Source of the DNA: Candidatus Bathyarchaeota archaeon
GTDB lineage: Archaea > Thermoproteota > Bathyarchaeia > Bathyarchaeales > Bathycorpusculaceae
Reading direction: 5' to 3'
Assembly: GCA_963811105.1 (NCBI GenBank)
Contig: CAWEPZ010000011.1
Location: forward strand, 1 to 64,000
DNA: 64,000 bases
Part shown: positions 62,009 through 64,000 of the stretch, in pieces
How the letters are laid out: each line of letters starts with the position of its first letter
How positions within the stretch are numbered: the first letter of the stretch is position 1
The notes under the pieces: generated by a model
What the model saw: the letters and a program-made list of their open reading frames with translations, nothing else
Told to the model about the DNA's origin: nothing
Databases searched by the model: none
Translations under genes and position numbers: made by a program

Positions 62009-63200
62009 TTATTCAACAGATATTAGGAAATTCTCCAAATCCTTCAGCAACTTTTTGCCATGTATATTTTTCTTTAACAATTTGCCGCCCGATTTTTCCC
62101 CACTCCTCAAGATTTTCCTTCTAATGTACGCATATTCTATTCCTTTCGCAATTTCAGTCGGATTAACCGAAGAGACATAAATGCCACATTTCGCTTCCCC
62201 CACAACCGATCTATGGGCTGGAATATCTGTTAAGATAATAACCTTTCCCATAGCCAAGCATTCCAGTAATTTCAGAGGACTTTGATGTCTCCAATACGGA
62301 TGATTTGGCAATGGAACTATACTCACATCACACATGCTAATAAACTTCGGGACTTCTGATTGGTCGACTGGATCATGGATAATAACGTTTTCTGAGAGAC
62401 CTTCATTTAAGAATTAACGCTTCTCAGCTGAGCAACAATGGTCCTGTTCCAAGGAGAAAAAAGACTATAGCAGGGTATTCTTCTGTATTAGTATTCTAAT
62501 GGCCTCAATAGTTTCAGCTAATCCACGAGTAGCAGTAAAAACTCCGTGATAAAAAATGACAAATTTTCCAGTTAATCCAATTTTTTCTCTCAGTTTTTTT
62601 TTTCAAAAATTAGATTTTCAGGAATTAAATGAACTATCTGAAACTCCAGAAGTCCACACTCCTATTTTGCAAGGATTTTCCGACCAAATTCGTTGCAAAT
62701 CTCCCTTCTTCATCGATGAAGTAATGATCGTTATACCATTAAACGTTTTTTTACACTAATAGAACAGAAAGCGAGAACTTAAATTGTGTGTAAACCCTGA
62801 AATCCCACTATAAGCTCAACTGGAGTAGTTCGTATATCCAGAACAAACTTAACCTTCCCTAAACTTGGAAATAAGAAGTGCTGGTAGCGCTCCAAGAATA
62901 TGAACACCAGGATCAAGAATAACAAAATCCGTCTTTGAAGTAATGATGTATACAGCAGGAAAAATGAATACAATGGCAAACATAATAGGTGAAATTAATG
63001 GCACAGATCTTATTGGAATCGAGACTATGTGAATACGTGGCTCTATGTGATACCCGTTCTTTGATCGAACCGCTACTAAAGTTCGATTGGTTCCAAGTTC
63101 TCAAAGCTCTCTTAAGATATTCAAGAGCGCCATTTTATGAAGATAGGCATCCAAAATTGTAAAGCTCACCCAAAGGGTCGACACTTTTTGTGAATTCACA
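62009..63200 (-). CDS. Glycosyltransferase family 4 (frameshifted)
   Basis: Motifs FYHGVFTATRGL, CDVSIVPLP and QSPLKLLECLAMGK. The start is approximate. Confidence 0.78.
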
Positions 63201-64000
63201 ATCTTTCACCTTTTTTATAGCCCATCCAACTACTTCGCCCACACCAAATCGCTTGACAGATTGGCCGCATCTTCGAAATGATTCTTATCTTCACGGAAAA
63301 TGGCGTAAATCAGATAAGAATTAACGTAATTTTATAAATTCAAGGTTTAGCTATTCGAATAAATCTTCCCATGTTATAGCTTCAATTAGGAAATCCCTCC
63401 ATGATAGGAGCGGATGCGAATAATGAGAGGTGTATTTCAGACCTAATGTTTGCTAAGGCTTTGTCTCTTATCCAGAACCCAGTATTTAAACCGAGCAGAA
63501 TGAAACAAACTTACAGACAGTTTCAGGAATATCATATAACCTTTTCTTTAAGAATCCAAGTTAATTCGAAGTAAAGGATCCACAAAGAAAATTTGGCAAG
63601 TTATGTTGCATGTTCAGAGCGTTTTATTAAGTAGCATATACCTAACCAAGAAAATGCAGGTTTCTCAGCGGTTCTTTGACACTCAATAGCTCACAAATTG
63701 ATAAAGACAAACTAAGTCAAATTAGCCGAAGAGTACCTGCATTAATTCCCTCACATGGAAATGCTAAACAGCAAGTTAAATTTTGCAAATCTTGCGAGGT
63801 TGGCTTTGCAAGACATGTAATAAAGCTTGGCAATCAACACAAATAGTCTTCTCAAGAAGCTATAAAATAGATTAAGCCCAAAGGGATTCTAAAATTCAGG
63901 AAGAGAAGAAAAAAAATGAAAACAGACAAATTAAAGAAAACATCGCATTCGTAAACTTCAGGAAACTCAGAAAGCCAACGACTCTATGCGTCATCGCACT

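Noticed and set aside
1551-62759. Many short + strand ORFs in the track (e.g. 1551-1784, 3563-3847, 6523-6789, 10489-10887, 29405-29915, 52598-52993, 57535-57760)
   Set aside because: They are antisense shadows of well-supported minus-strand genes and have no recognisable motifs.
63370-63700. Possible GT4 remnant (MEGFP../LIEA)
   Set aside because: Very fragmentary with multiple stops, insufficient for a call.
1-64000. Pervasive frameshifts read as mass pseudogenisation, phase variation or programmed frameshifting
   Set aside because: Indels hit nearly every gene, including ugd, galU and the flippase, while catalytic motifs stay intact. Uncorrected long-read error is the simpler explanation.

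Overview
AT-rich archaeal DNA, most likely Bathyarchaeia. This is inferred from the DUF1616 gene, the flippase and surface-protein types, and GAGGTG-type Shine-Dalgarno sites. Almost the whole window is a cell-envelope/glycosylation island with most genes on the minus strand. It holds repeat-rich surface proteins, galU/ugd/UDP-GlcA decarboxylase, about 13 GT2/GT4 glycosyltransferases, a flippase, GT-C type membrane proteins, a membrane-anchored GH26 and a NodZ/GT23-like transferase. It also has a dense set of putative tailoring enzymes: 3 APH-family kinases, 3 GNAT/FemAB-like proteins, 5 methyltransferases, 2 acyltransferases, a deacetylase and a DegT aminotransferase. Most genes are split by indels, probably uncorrected long-read errors, so reconstructed CDS boundaries are approximate. 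The most striking element is an orphan, partly degenerate CRISPR mini-array (17482-17767) with no cas genes in the window. Its best-preserved spacer translates as KNSKAISPIFAT, matching the class III signal-peptide cleavage motif of an archaeal type IV pilin. No rRNA or tRNA genes were recognised.
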